The notes under the pieces were generated by a model that did no database searches, was not told where the DNA came from, and saw only the letters and a list, made by a program, of their open reading frames with translations. A stretch of DNA of 56,505 nt from assembly GCA_036338695.1 (NCBI GenBank), contig JAYZBQ010000085.1:1-56505 (forward strand), written 5' to 3'. The stretch is from Myxococcota bacterium. GTDB lineage: Bacteria; Myxococcota; UBA4151. Each line of letters begins with the position of its first letter. Position 1 is the stretch's first letter. A program made the translations under genes and the position numbers. This document shows, in pieces, positions 39,615 through 49,197 of this stretch.

Positions 39615-40463
39615 CGCTGCGAGGCTGATTAGGAGCACCAGCGAGGAGGTGGGGAGGTGCTGGCAGCTCCCTGGCGACTGCACATCCACCTCGACCGGCT
39701 CGCCGGTCGCTCCGCCAAGGACACGGTGCGTGACGCGCACCCGCAGGTCCTGTGCTGTGCTCGCACGATACTTGACGATGAGCGGCTGCTGCGAAGCGAT
39801 CAGTTGATCGTGCATGAGCAGGTCACGCACTTGGGGTTGCCCCTCGCTGAGCAACTCAACCAGCACGGCACCCGGACCGGTCGTGACCCCGCTCACGGTC
39901 ACGGTCACGTTGCCCGAACCGACCACCAGGCTTTGTCCGCAGAGCCCGTCGACGCTCGGGGCGCGGTCGATGAACCCGCTGCTCGTGCCAGGCGTCCCGT
40001 AGGTGGCAGGTGTCGCTTGGACCTCGACGCTTGGTGTGCTCGGCTCTGGCGCCGCCGGGGCGCCGCGCTCGGTGACACACAGACTGGTCGCTTGGTACGC
40101 CGGCGTGAACTGGCGATCGCCAGCCCCCGCGCCGCGCTCGAGCATCTGGAAGCAGACCCCGAGCGGGAGCTCGGGCGTCGTGAAGTGCTCATAGACAACA
40201 CCTTCGGCGATGAACTGCTCGCCTTCGGCGCTCAGTCGATACTCACGGCCGATCGTATTGGGGCGAACCGGTGCCTCCACCAAAACAGGCTGCGTGACCA
40301 AGCCGGCGCGAAACAAAAAGCGCGGCCGTTGATGCAGGTCAACAGGCTCCATAAAGCGCTGTGATGGTGCGGGCATCACGTCAGGCACACGCGCGAAACA
40401 GTTATCGTCGGGCTCGGCCACCATCATCAAGGCTAAAGAAACGGCGAAGCCGGTGGTGAGCAT
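39588..40463 (-). CDS. Hypothetical exported protein with a MYXO-CTERM-like tail
   Basis: GAGGAG RBS, hydrophobic N-terminus, C-terminal GSC, hydrophobic stretch, RRRR. Overlaps the 3' end of the cyclase gene by 27 nt. Confidence 0.65.
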   Translation of the reverse strand: MLTTGFAVSLALMMVAEPDDNCFARVPDVMPAPSQRFMEPVDLHQRPRFLFRAGLVTQPVLVEAPVRPNTIGREYRLSAEGEQFIAEGVVYEHFTTPELPLGVCFQMLERGAGAGDRQFTPAYQATSLCVTERGAPAAPEPSTPSVEVQATPATYGTPGTSSGFIDRAPSVDGLCGQSLVVGSGNVTVTVSGVTTGPGAVLVELLSEGQPQVRDLLMHDQLIASQQPLIVKYRASTAQDLRVRVTHRVLGGATGEPVEVDVQSPGSCQHLPTSSLVLLISLAALRRRRELS

Positions 40464-40573
40464 GGGTTGGTCTCCTCAAACTGAAGTCAAGCGCATCTCC
40501 TCGGGAAGCGCAAGAGGTGGACAAACAGCGAGCAACCTGACAGATGGCGCCGCATCAAGCAAGGAGCGTCCCG

Positions 40574-41848
40574 ATGTCAGAGGTCATGGCAGTATTCGGT
40601 CGAGAAATTTTGGATTCGCGCGGAAACCCGACGGTGGAGGCCGATGTGGTGTTATCGTCGGGAGCCTTTGGGCGAGCCGCCTCGCCATCAGGTGCATCGA
40701 CCGGCGCCTTCGAGGCGCACGAGCTTCGTGACGGCGAGGCGCGCTACGGCGGCAAGGGCGTGCAGAACGCCGTCCGCTACATCAATGAAGAGCTCGCCGC
40801 TGCGGTGTTGGGGTTCGAGCTGTCCGATCAGCGCAGTTTCGATGACCTGCTCATCGCCACCGATGGGACCGAGAACAAGAGCCGTATGGGCGCCAACGCG
40901 CTGCTCGCAGTCAGCCTGGCAGCCTCTCGAGCCCTCGCCGAGGAGCGAGGGGTCCCGCTGTATCGGAGCCTCGGTGGGGCAGGTGCTCACACCATGCCGG
41001 TGCCGATGATGAACATCCTTAATGGCGGCGCCCACGCTGACAACACCGTGGATCTTCAAGAGTTCATGGTCGTGCCGCATGGCGCGCCCAACTTCCGCGA
41101 AGCGTTGCGCTGGGGCGCAGAGATCTTCCATGCCCTTAAAGGCGTTCTGCGCGCCCGAAAGCTCGCTACTTCGGTGGGTGATGAGGGCGGTTTTGCGCCC
41201 AATTTGGCGAGCAATGCGGCTGCCGCTGAGGTCATCATCGAGGCGGTGGAGAAAGCCGGTTACCGACCCGGCGAGCAGATCAGCCTCGCAATCGACGCGG
41301 CCGCCTCCGAGTTTTATCAAGATGGACGCTACCGGCTGACCGGTGAAGGGCGCGACCTGAGCAGCGATGAGCTGGTGGCGTTCTGGGCTGACTTCTGCAG
41401 CCGCTTCCCGGTGGTTTCGATCGAAGACGGGATGGATGAAGAGGATTGGGCTGGCTGGAAGGCGCTGACCGAGCGGCTCGGAGATAGCGTCCAGCTGGTG
41501 GGTGACGACCTCTTTGTCACCAACCCTGTTCGTTTGCAGCGCGGGATCGACGCACAGACGGCGAACGCGCTGCTGGTCAAGCCGAACCAGATCGGGACCT
41601 TGAGCGAGACGATCAACGCCGTGCGGATGGCGCAGTTCAACCGTTACGCCACGGTGATCTCGCATCGCTCGGGCGAGACCGCCGACTCCTTCATCGCTGA
41701 TTTTGCGGTGGCGATGGATGCCGGGCAGATTAAGACCGGGAGTCTCTGCCGTTCGGATCGGATGGCGAAGTACAATCGACTGCTTCGCATCGAGGAAGAG
41801 CTGGGAGAGACGGCGGTCTACCCAGGGTTGCGTGCCCTGAACACCTAG
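40574..41848 (+). CDS. eno: Enolase
   Basis: [68 protein letters not shown] 40574 follows AAGGAG. Confidence 0.98.
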   Translation: MSEVMAVFGREILDSRGNPTVEADVVLSSGAFGRAASPSGASTGAFEAHELRDGEARYGGKGVQNAVRYINEELAAAVLGFELSDQRSFDDLLIATDGTENKSRMGANALLAVSLAASRALAEERGVPLYRSLGGAGAHTMPVPMMNILNGGAHADNTVDLQEFMVVPHGAPNFREALRWGAEIFHALKGVLRARKLATSVGDEGGFAPNLASNAAAAEVIIEAVEKAGYRPGEQISLAIDAAASEFYQDGRYRLTGEGRDLSSDELVAFWADFCSRFPVVSIEDGMDEEDWAGWKALTERLGDSVQLVGDDLFVTNPVRLQRGIDAQTANALLVKPNQIGTLSETINAVRMAQFNRYATVISHRSGETADSFIADFAVAMDAGQIKTGSLCRSDRMAKYNRLLRIEEELGETAVYPGLRALNT

Positions 41849-41860
41849 CGGACGGTTGAT

Positions 41861-42679
41861 TTGGCGAAGCAGCCGACAGACTTCAGAGGAAAAGAGCGAC
41901 GCAATCGCTCGCGCAGCGGGCGGACGCTGGCGGAGCGGCGGCTTGACTACTGGCGCCAGTTGGAGCGGCTCGGCACGAAGGTCGTGACCGAACACGCTAG
42001 CTTGCTACCGGACGAGCTGCTCACGCATCATCAAGGCCTCGAGGCGCGGATCGCTGAGTTCGAGGTGTATCTCGACGCCTTGCGCACCACGATCGCCGCT
42101 GAGGAGACGGGCTTTCGGGACTACGAAAATAAGTTCCTTGAGCGCTTGGAGCGGGAGCGAAAGAAGCGCAAGCAGCTGCGCGCTCGCATCCATCAAGACC
42201 GGCCGGATCAAGATGCGCTGGCGCGCCAGATCACCTTGGGCGAAGAGGAGCTCGAGATCCTCGAGCGTCGCATCGCCGATGAGGAGGCTAAGTCAGCGGG
42301 CGAGGTCCACGCGGCGCTCCGCGAGCTCCGCTTAGATCGGATCCGCCGTCAGCGGCGTATGGATAAGTGGCGTGAGGAGCTCAAAGCCGCGAGGAGGCAG
42401 GACGAAGAGGAGTCCGACCCTCGCCTGCTCGAGATCGATCAGCAGATCGCTCAGCTTGAGGGGCAGCTGCACGAGCAGGAGCAGGCGATCGATGGTCGCC
42501 TTGCGGAGCACCAAGAGAACCTCCGGACCTATTCAGAGCAGTTGACGGCCCTGCGAGACGACCTGCGCGATCATTTGATCAAGGTCGGAGACGCCATTTT
42601 GCATCACCAGCTCGGCGGCGGGGAGCTCGTCCCCATGTTCGAGCGGCTCAGGCGGATGATCCGCGAGGCGGTGCGGTGA
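41861..42679 (+). CDS. Hypothetical coiled-coil protein
   Basis: E/R/L/Q-rich heptads throughout; no signal peptide or TM segment. Starts 12 nt after eno and overlaps the next gene (GTGA). Confidence 0.7.
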   Translation: MAKQPTDFRGKERRNRSRSGRTLAERRLDYWRQLERLGTKVVTEHASLLPDELLTHHQGLEARIAEFEVYLDALRTTIAAEETGFRDYENKFLERLERERKKRKQLRARIHQDRPDQDALARQITLGEEELEILERRIADEEAKSAGEVHAALRELRLDRIRRQRRMDKWREELKAARRQDEEESDPRLLEIDQQIAQLEGQLHEQEQAIDGRLAEHQENLRTYSEQLTALRDDLRDHLIKVGDAILHHQLGGGELVPMFERLRRMIREAVR

Positions 42680-43116
42680 GGGCGCTGGTTGTGCTGATCG
42701 TGGCGCTCTCGGCGCCGCAAGCCTCTGCTTACGACAGCCGGATCGGCGACGCCTTAATCGATGTACGCAGCGGGCTGCGTGGAAGCCGTGTTGATCTGAG
42801 TCAGATGGTCCAGCCACGTTGGCGGGCTGGCGTGACGCTTGCGCATGGCTGGAGCCCCGTGAGGATCCCGGTCGGTCTTGGGCTCATCGTCGGTTATGAA
42901 CACCATCAGCGCGGTTACGCCGTGGTGCCGCGGGCGAGCTTGACGGCGTCGATGGGCTTGCTTGAGGACAGCGGCTTGGGCGTCAACGCTCAACTGTCAG
43001 CTGGGCTCGCTTGGTATGTCACGAGACGGCTCGGGGTCGGGCTCAATCTCGCCGGTAATTTTTGGGGCGATGAGCTGAAACCCGACGTGACGCTATCCCT
43101 CGTACAGCGTTGGTGA
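42676..43116 (+). CDS. Small outer-membrane beta-barrel-like protein
   Basis: Signal peptide ending ASA, alternating strands (AQLSAGLAWYV, LGVGLNLAG), C-terminal Trp. Confidence 0.6.
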   Translation: MRALVVLIVALSAPQASAYDSRIGDALIDVRSGLRGSRVDLSQMVQPRWRAGVTLAHGWSPVRIPVGLGLIVGYEHHQRGYAVVPRASLTASMGLLEDSGLGVNAQLSAGLAWYVTRRLGVGLNLAGNFWGDELKPDVTLSLVQRW

Positions 43117-43169
43117 CCCTGTCGATCGACCGATGCGGGCCAGCCCTCAATTGGTTTAGTGTTCCGAGT

Positions 43170-44687
43170 ATGCGGGTCTGTCTGTTCCTCATGATGTGTG
43201 CGCTCGGTTGCTCGTCGCAGCCTGGCACCTCGAGCAAGCTCGGGCTGGGCGGAGACTGTCAGCTCGTTGGGGCATCAGGCTGTGTCTCGGGCTTTTGTGC
43301 CGAGCTGGACACGGGCGCCTCGGTGTGCAGCCTCAGTTGCAATTCGGATCTGACGTGCCCGGGCGGCTGGACCTGTCGCGACGACCGGACCCCTGCGCTG
43401 TGTGTCCCGGCCGCCAACTCGAAGCGTTGCGAGGTCGACTCGGATTGCCCGGCGTCGCATCGCTGCGCCGCGGACCAGCGCTGCGTGATTCCCGCTGAGC
43501 GTGCACAATGTGTGGGCTGCAGTGACGACCTACAGTGCGCCGCCGGGTTGGTCTGCGCATCGGCGGGCGAGGGTCTAGGGGACGTCTGCCTCCGCCCTTG
43601 CGTCGAGTCGGAATGCGGGGATCAAGAGCAGTGTCAGGGCGGCGCCTGTGTGCCTGTGGGTCGTTGCGGTTTGGTCGCCGATTTATGCGCCTCATGTCGT
43701 CGCGATTCGGAGTGCGGTGGGCGCGATGACTACTGCGTCCGTAACTTGCAGCTCGGGCGCTCGTTTTGCGCTCGCGACTGTTCTGAGGAAGCGTGCCCTG
43801 AGGGGTTTCGGTGTCAGGCTTTCGAGTTCGGTGAGCAGTGCGTCCCCGCAGACGGGCGCTGCCAAGACCGCTGCTTGGGCGATGTCGATTGCCCCGCAGG
43901 CTTTGCGTGCGGCGATGGGCGCTGCGCCCCCCGAGCGGAGCATCGCGGGCTGTGTGCGCCCTGTGGTGACAACCGGGACTGCGCCGACGGCGTGTGCGTT
44001 CAGGGACGCGATGGACGCACCGTGTGTGCGCCGACGTGTGGTCCTGAGGACGCCTGCCCGAATGGCGCCTCCTGCGGCGAGATCGTGGGGACCGAGCAGC
44101 GCGCCTGCCTGCCACGCACTGGTCGGTGCCCCGTGGGCGTCGGCGCGACAGGGCGTCGCTGCGGAGCCGCTGAGGACTGCGCGAGCGGTCTGTGCTTGAG
44201 GGCAGAGGACGAACAACGCGGTCGCTGCGTCAATGCGTGCGCCGGGCGGGCGTGCCCTGGTGGACAGGAGTGCGCCGAGGTGGCCGGTGTGGCGGTCTGT
44301 ATCGATCGACAAGGCGCCGACGGGGCGCCGTGTTCAGCCGGGGTGACCTGTCGAGGCGGGCTCTGCGTCACGCTGGCGACCGAGTCCATCTGTAGTCGAG
44401 CGTGCGATGCGCAGACGCCCTGTCCGCAGGACTGGTCGTGTCGCGCCGTCTCGGGTGGGCGAGAGGCATGTTTGCCGACCACGGACGGCGGTGGAACCGG
44501 CGCCATGTGCCAGGCGGGCGCAGCGGCTTGTACCTCCGGGCTCTGCCTGATGACGCGCTCGGGCCCTGTCTGTACGCAGAGCTGCGCAGACACGAGCGAC
44601 TGTCCGGACGGTTGGGGTTGTTTGACCGTCGAGGGGCGCGGCCTGCGCGCCGATGAGCCTGTTTGCGTCCCGAGTGAGGTCGAATGA
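43170..44687 (+). CDS. Cysteine-rich repeat lipoprotein
   Basis: Lipobox ALGC. About 70 Cys in repeated modules such as C..D.DC....C...C and C.SG.C...C...C...CP.GW.C...C.P. Confidence 0.8.
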   Translation: MRVCLFLMMCALGCSSQPGTSSKLGLGGDCQLVGASGCVSGFCAELDTGASVCSLSCNSDLTCPGGWTCRDDRTPALCVPAANSKRCEVDSDCPASHRCAADQRCVIPAERAQCVGCSDDLQCAAGLVCASAGEGLGDVCLRPCVESECGDQEQCQGGACVPVGRCGLVADLCASCRRDSECGGRDDYCVRNLQLGRSFCARDCSEEACPEGFRCQAFEFGEQCVPADGRCQDRCLGDVDCPAGFACGDGRCAPRAEHRGLCAPCGDNRDCADGVCVQGRDGRTVCAPTCGPEDACPNGASCGEIVGTEQRACLPRTGRCPVGVGATGRRCGAAEDCASGLCLRAEDEQRGRCVNACAGRACPGGQECAEVAGVAVCIDRQGADGAPCSAGVTCRGGLCVTLATESICSRACDAQTPCPQDWSCRAVSGGREACLPTTDGGGTGAMCQAGAAACTSGLCLMTRSGPVCTQSCADTSDCPDGWGCLTVEGRGLRADEPVCVPSEVE

Positions 44688-45784
44688 TGCGCTCGATCCT
44701 GTGGTGTGTGATCCTTTGGAGCGGGTGCGCCGAAGACCTAGTCTTCTCGACGAGTCAGCCGGTTCTGCGCAGCGGCAAGCCGACCGCCTCGGCGGGTGAG
44801 CAGTCTGCGACCTTCGGCGACGCCTCGGAGCAGTTTGGTCTCGCCGGTCGCTGGATCACGGAGCGCTTTCGAGCGGCGCAAGTCGCGCAGCTTGACCTGC
44901 TGTGGGTCCTCGATGGGAGCGACTCGATGAGCGAGGAGCAGGGTAAGGTCGCCGCCGCCGCCGCGCGCTTTGTCGAGACGCTCGGTGCGCGCGGCGTGGA
45001 CGCACGTCTCGCCGTCACGTCGATGGACCTGACCGAATTTGAGAGCGGATGCCTGCGCGAAGTCGACGGCGTCCGTTGGTTTGATCTCGGCGTCAACGTG
45101 GCGCTGGCGACCGATCGTTTTCGCCGAGCCGTGCGTGTCGGCGTCGGGGCAAGTACGACGGAAGCCGGCCTGGTGGCTGGCCTGGTCGCGAGCTCGGAGG
45201 ATCGTCCGTGCAACAGGGGCTTTCATCGGCCCAATTCAGCGTTCGCTATGATCTTTGTCAGCGATGAGGATGATCAAAGCCCGATGAGCGTAGAGACGGC
45301 GCGCCGATGGTTGCTGGCTCGTCGGGCGCAAGTACACGCCGTCGTTGGGGCTGACGAGCGGCAGCTTGCCGCCGGCGTGCGGGGGTGTATCAGCCCGGAT
45401 CAATGGCCGCAGACAGCCTTTAGTGACCTGCGGCCGGATGAGCGTGCCTCCCTTGACACGATTGCAACGGTCGGGCAGCGCTATCGCGCCTTGGCTGCAG
45501 CCACGGGAGGGGTCTCGGTCTCAATTTGTGAGCCCGACTTCGGCGAGCCCCTCGCGCGTGTTGCGCTCGCGGCCGCTGGTGTACGCCAGCGATACGGCTT
45601 ACACGTTGCACCCGATCCCGCTTCGATCGCAGTGCAGGTGGACGGTCGTGTGGTGATCCGTTCAGAGCCAGGAATGGACTTTGGATGGTGGTATGAGGAA
45701 GAGGGACGGAGTATCGTGTTTGGTCAAACCAACATACCCGAGTGGCCTGCGACGGTCTCTGTTCGGTACTTGGCGGCACCATGA
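44684..45784 (+). CDS. VWA-domain lipoprotein (CglB/CglD-like class)
   Basis: Lipobox WSGC, MIDAS motif DLLWVLDGSDSM (DxSxS), IFVSDEDDQS, C-terminal beta domain PDPASI.V.VDG..GW.Y. ATGA overlap with the previous gene. Confidence 0.8.
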   Translation: MMRSILWCVILWSGCAEDLVFSTSQPVLRSGKPTASAGEQSATFGDASEQFGLAGRWITERFRAAQVAQLDLLWVLDGSDSMSEEQGKVAAAAARFVETLGARGVDARLAVTSMDLTEFESGCLREVDGVRWFDLGVNVALATDRFRRAVRVGVGASTTEAGLVAGLVASSEDRPCNRGFHRPNSAFAMIFVSDEDDQSPMSVETARRWLLARRAQVHAVVGADERQLAAGVRGCISPDQWPQTAFSDLRPDERASLDTIATVGQRYRALAAATGGVSVSICEPDFGEPLARVALAAAGVRQRYGLHVAPDPASIAVQVDGRVVIRSEPGMDFGWWYEEEGRSIVFGQTNIPEWPATVSVRYLAAP

Positions 45785-45830
45785 GGAAGCTGAAATCGTT
45801 AGCCGTTCGTCGGCTACTGGGAGATTATGC

Positions 45831-46685
45831 ATGATTCGCATGCACGTTGTGACGCTGGCAGCCCTTGGGTTGATGGCAGCGCCTGCGCTTGCGCAGGAAG
45901 GCGAGGAACTCGGCGCCAACTGGGGCGGCGAGGGTGGAAAGATGGAAGCCGGAGAGGTCGGCGAGGCGGGCAAAGGTCAGTCAGGCCGGGCGGTCTATGA
46001 TGATCTGCTGCGCGTCGATGACCGAGAGCCGCCGGCTGGAACCCCGGTGGTCTGGGCGCGCCTGTTCCCGGTGAGTGAGCGCTTCGAGGTGTCGCTTGGC
46101 TACGAGATGTCGGTGATCGACAAGTACGCCACGCATCAAGGCGGTAAGCTCAACCTCATCTACCACTTCAACGAGCTGTTGGCTGCGAATTTCTTCGGGG
46201 GTTACCTCTACGGAAAGGCGAATGGTCTGCTGATGGCCACCTTAAACGAGGGCACGCGCTGCGACCCGGTGAGCTACAAGAACTGCCTCCCGGACACGAA
46301 CGTGATGAGCTGGATGGTGGGCGCTGATTTCATCGCTGAGCCGTTCTACGGCAAGCTGAATCTCGTATCCGAGTTGGCGCTCAACTTTGACATCTTCATC
46401 GGCGCCGGCGGGGGTGTGACGGGTCGCCAAGGGTTTACCGCCGACAGCGGCAGCGGCGTTCAGCAGTGGGTCCGTGATCCTGCCCGAGCGGGAGTTTCCC
46501 CCTTCGTGAGCGCCATGGCGGGCGTCCGGGTCTGGCTGTGGGACAACCTCTCGCTTCGCGTGGAGGCTCGAGATTACACGTGGATGGGTGACCGTCCGTA
46601 CCTCGAGCTCAACCAGCCGAGCCTTCAACAGGATGACATTATCAACACCTGGACCTTGATGTTTGGGCTAGGAGCGACGCTGTGA
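45831..46685 (+). CDS. Outer-membrane beta-barrel, GltA/GltB/NfsA/NfsB-like
   Basis: Signal peptide; RFEVS, DKY..H, YHF.E, PFYGKL.L, FDIFIGAG.G, LRVEARDY motifs; lies upstream of gltC. Confidence 0.8.
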   Translation: MIRMHVVTLAALGLMAAPALAQEGEELGANWGGEGGKMEAGEVGEAGKGQSGRAVYDDLLRVDDREPPAGTPVVWARLFPVSERFEVSLGYEMSVIDKYATHQGGKLNLIYHFNELLAANFFGGYLYGKANGLLMATLNEGTRCDPVSYKNCLPDTNVMSWMVGADFIAEPFYGKLNLVSELALNFDIFIGAGGGVTGRQGFTADSGSGVQQWVRDPARAGVSPFVSAMAGVRVWLWDNLSLRVEARDYTWMGDRPYLELNQPSLQQDDIINTWTLMFGLGATL

Positions 46686-47626
46686 ACCAGAAACGACGTA
46701 TGATGTGGGCAAGCCTCGTGCTTGGGGTCCTCGCGCTTGCGCCGTCGCAGGCTCACGCCGACGAGCTCGATGACCTGCTCGATCTCGGAGACGACACGGA
46801 GCAGACCGAAGGCGGCGCAGAGCAGCCGACTGAGGGCGATTCGCCAGCCGCTGAAGGTGGCGAATCGGGGCAAGAAGCGGCCGCCGAAAAGAGCGACGCC
46901 GCTCCGAAGCAACCCGCTCAAGCCAAAGGGGTGATCAACCCGCGCGATGAGACGATCTTTGCGATTCAAAAGAAGGGGCGCTACCTGGGGCGTCGCTTCG
47001 AGGTCGTTCCGATGGGCGTGGCGACGATTAACAACAAGTTCACGAGCCACGCGGGTGGACTTCTCAACGGTCTTTATCACTTCGCAGAGACCATGAGCGT
47101 GGAGCTTTCGCTGGGTTATCTGCAAGGTGACTACACGCCTCTGACCCGTGAACTCTTGGACCTTCAGAACCTGACGCCGCCGGGCGCCGACTACGCGCTC
47201 CTGTCCTGGTACACGGGGCTCGATGTTCAGTGGGCGCCGATTTACGGTAAGTTCCGTCTGGCTGGGCGTGCGCTGGGTCACTTCGACATCTACATGGGCG
47301 TTGGGCTTGGCTTGAGCCAAGCGGGCATCCGGCAGGTGACGAAGGGGGCGGCGGGCGCCGAGGGCGGTGACATCTCGGACGAGTTCAGTCAGCTTGCGGT
47401 CAAGGTGGTCTCGAACTTGGGTGCGGGTCTGCGCTTCTACTTTACGGAGCGTTTCGGTGTGCGGGCTGAGTTCCGTAACTACGCCGTGGCGCACTCGGTT
47501 CCGGGCGCTGACGTCGGTAACGAACTCAACCCGACCAAAGAGCTGAAATGGCAAGGGACGCTCCAGAACTCTGTCGACGTAGCGAACATCTTCTTGTTCC
47601 AGTTCGGCCCCAGCTTCGTCTTTTAG
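46682..47626 (+). CDS. Outer-membrane beta-barrel, GltA/GltB/NfsA/NfsB-like (paralog of the preceding gene)
   Basis: Signal peptide ending AHA; AIQKK, RFEV.P, NKF..H, YHF.E, WAPIYGKF, HFDIY, GAGLRFY, RAEFRNY; ends SFVF. Confidence 0.82.
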   Translation: MNQKRRMMWASLVLGVLALAPSQAHADELDDLLDLGDDTEQTEGGAEQPTEGDSPAAEGGESGQEAAAEKSDAAPKQPAQAKGVINPRDETIFAIQKKGRYLGRRFEVVPMGVATINNKFTSHAGGLLNGLYHFAETMSVELSLGYLQGDYTPLTRELLDLQNLTPPGADYALLSWYTGLDVQWAPIYGKFRLAGRALGHFDIYMGVGLGLSQAGIRQVTKGAAGAEGGDISDEFSQLAVKVVSNLGAGLRFYFTERFGVRAEFRNYAVAHSVPGADVGNELNPTKELKWQGTLQNSVDVANIFLFQFGPSFVF

Positions 47627-47635
47627 GGTAACGGC

Positions 47636-49192
47636 ATGATGAAAAAGCTCTGCTTTACACTCGCTCTCGCATTGCCGCTCTCGGCAAACGCCCAGGATCT
47701 AGACCGGGCGATCGAGGACTTTAACAACCAAGCCTACCAAGAAGCCATCGCTGGCTTCTATGAGGTGCTCAAATACGGCGAAAACCGTGGCGATCGAAAC
47801 GACGCTCGGTACTACATGGCGCGCGCCATGCTCAACGAGAACATGAACTTCTCGGCGCTGTCCTTCCTACGCGAGATCATCCTCGATGGCCCGCGCAATC
47901 GGCACTATGTCTCGGCGATTGGCTATCTTCTCGAGGCGGGCAACCGGCTCCGTGACGATTTCAACGTGCCGAACATCATCAACCGAGAATATGGCGACGC
48001 CTTCCGTGATCTTAAAGATGTGGTCCTCGACCGCGTGAACTACCTGATCGCTCAGGTGCTGTATCGCCAAGACAAGCTCGACGACGCGCTCGGGTTCTTG
48101 GACCCCGAGGCGGGCGTGCCGGCGGGAAGCTCCGAGGCGCCAGCGGCTCGTTACCTCAGCGGGTTGGTGGCGATCCGCAACAATGACCTTGAGTCGGCGC
48201 TGGCTCGGTTCCAGGACGCCCTCAAGGAGGCGAGCAAGGCGCGCAAGGCGGGCCGTACCGAGTATTCTGACCGCGTGTACCGCCAGAGCGTCCTTGGGAT
48301 CGCTCGAGTCTACTATGAGATGGGCTCGCGCTTGGGTCCGGATAATCCAGAAGGCGCCAAGGCGCTCCAGAATGCCGCGCTTCACTTCCGCATGGTGCCT
48401 CGCTTCACCTCGGACTGGGGCGATGCGATCTTCGAGCGCGGCTGGGTCCACTTCCAGCTCAGCGAGTACGGTAAAAGCCTGGGCGCAGTACACAGCCTGA
48501 GCGCACCCTTCTTTGCGGAGAACGCACAGCACGCTGAGGGCTACGTGCTGAAGATGACCAACTACTTCTACAACTGTCAGTGGGACCGCGTCCGGCGTAC
48601 GCTTGGAGAGTTTCAGCGAGCCTACGGTGACTCGATCCCTAAGCTCAAAGAGTTCTTGGCGTCCAAGCCGCAAGAGGCGGGTGATATCTGGTGGTACGAG
48701 CAGCTCCTCGAGAGCGTGAAAGGGGACGCCGAGAAGGCGGTGATTCCGCAGGTGATCGCGCGGACGGTGGCGGCGAACAACCGCTATGGTCGGCTCCGGT
48801 TCTTCCTCAACGCGCTCGCCGCCGAGGCGGACCGAGTGCGCGCCGTGGACCTGTTCAAGGGCGAGCTGGCGGGCGAACTGTTGACGGCGATGGATGAGGC
48901 TCGGGGTGCCCTTGAGCCGTTCATGGGTCGACTCGTTCGCGACAAGCTGCGTCGCCAGTTGGTGATCCTCCAGGGGATGGCGAGCCAGGCTGATATCATC
49001 GAGATTCAGACCGGGCTTGAAGAAGCCGAGTGGCTGGATCAGCAGCGCGAGATTGAGTTCGCAAAGCGTAAGCGTTTGCCCCGGCCGTTCGTGCCAAGCG
49101 ACAAGTTCCAGTACTGGCCCTTCCACGGGGAATACTGGATCGATGAGCTCGGTTTTTACGAGTACGCCATCAAAAGTGAGTGTGTGGAGTAG
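47636..49192 (+). CDS. gltC: GltC/NfsC-like TPR protein
   Basis: Signal peptide, TPR helices, AIFERGW, SLG.VHSL.APFF, C-terminal YWPFHGEYWIDELGFY...KSEC; follows two barrels. Confidence 0.8.
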   Translation: MMKKLCFTLALALPLSANAQDLDRAIEDFNNQAYQEAIAGFYEVLKYGENRGDRNDARYYMARAMLNENMNFSALSFLREIILDGPRNRHYVSAIGYLLEAGNRLRDDFNVPNIINREYGDAFRDLKDVVLDRVNYLIAQVLYRQDKLDDALGFLDPEAGVPAGSSEAPAARYLSGLVAIRNNDLESALARFQDALKEASKARKAGRTEYSDRVYRQSVLGIARVYYEMGSRLGPDNPEGAKALQNAALHFRMVPRFTSDWGDAIFERGWVHFQLSEYGKSLGAVHSLSAPFFAENAQHAEGYVLKMTNYFYNCQWDRVRRTLGEFQRAYGDSIPKLKEFLASKPQEAGDIWWYEQLLESVKGDAEKAVIPQVIARTVAANNRYGRLRFFLNALAAEADRVRAVDLFKGELAGELLTAMDEARGALEPFMGRLVRDKLRRQLVILQGMASQADIIEIQTGLEEAEWLDQQREIEFAKRKRLPRPFVPSDKFQYWPFHGEYWIDELGFYEYAIKSECVE

Positions 49193-49197
49193 AGTTG

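Noticed and set aside
41861..42679. ftsB/divIC after eno
   Set aside because: Too long and lacks the N-terminal TM helix.
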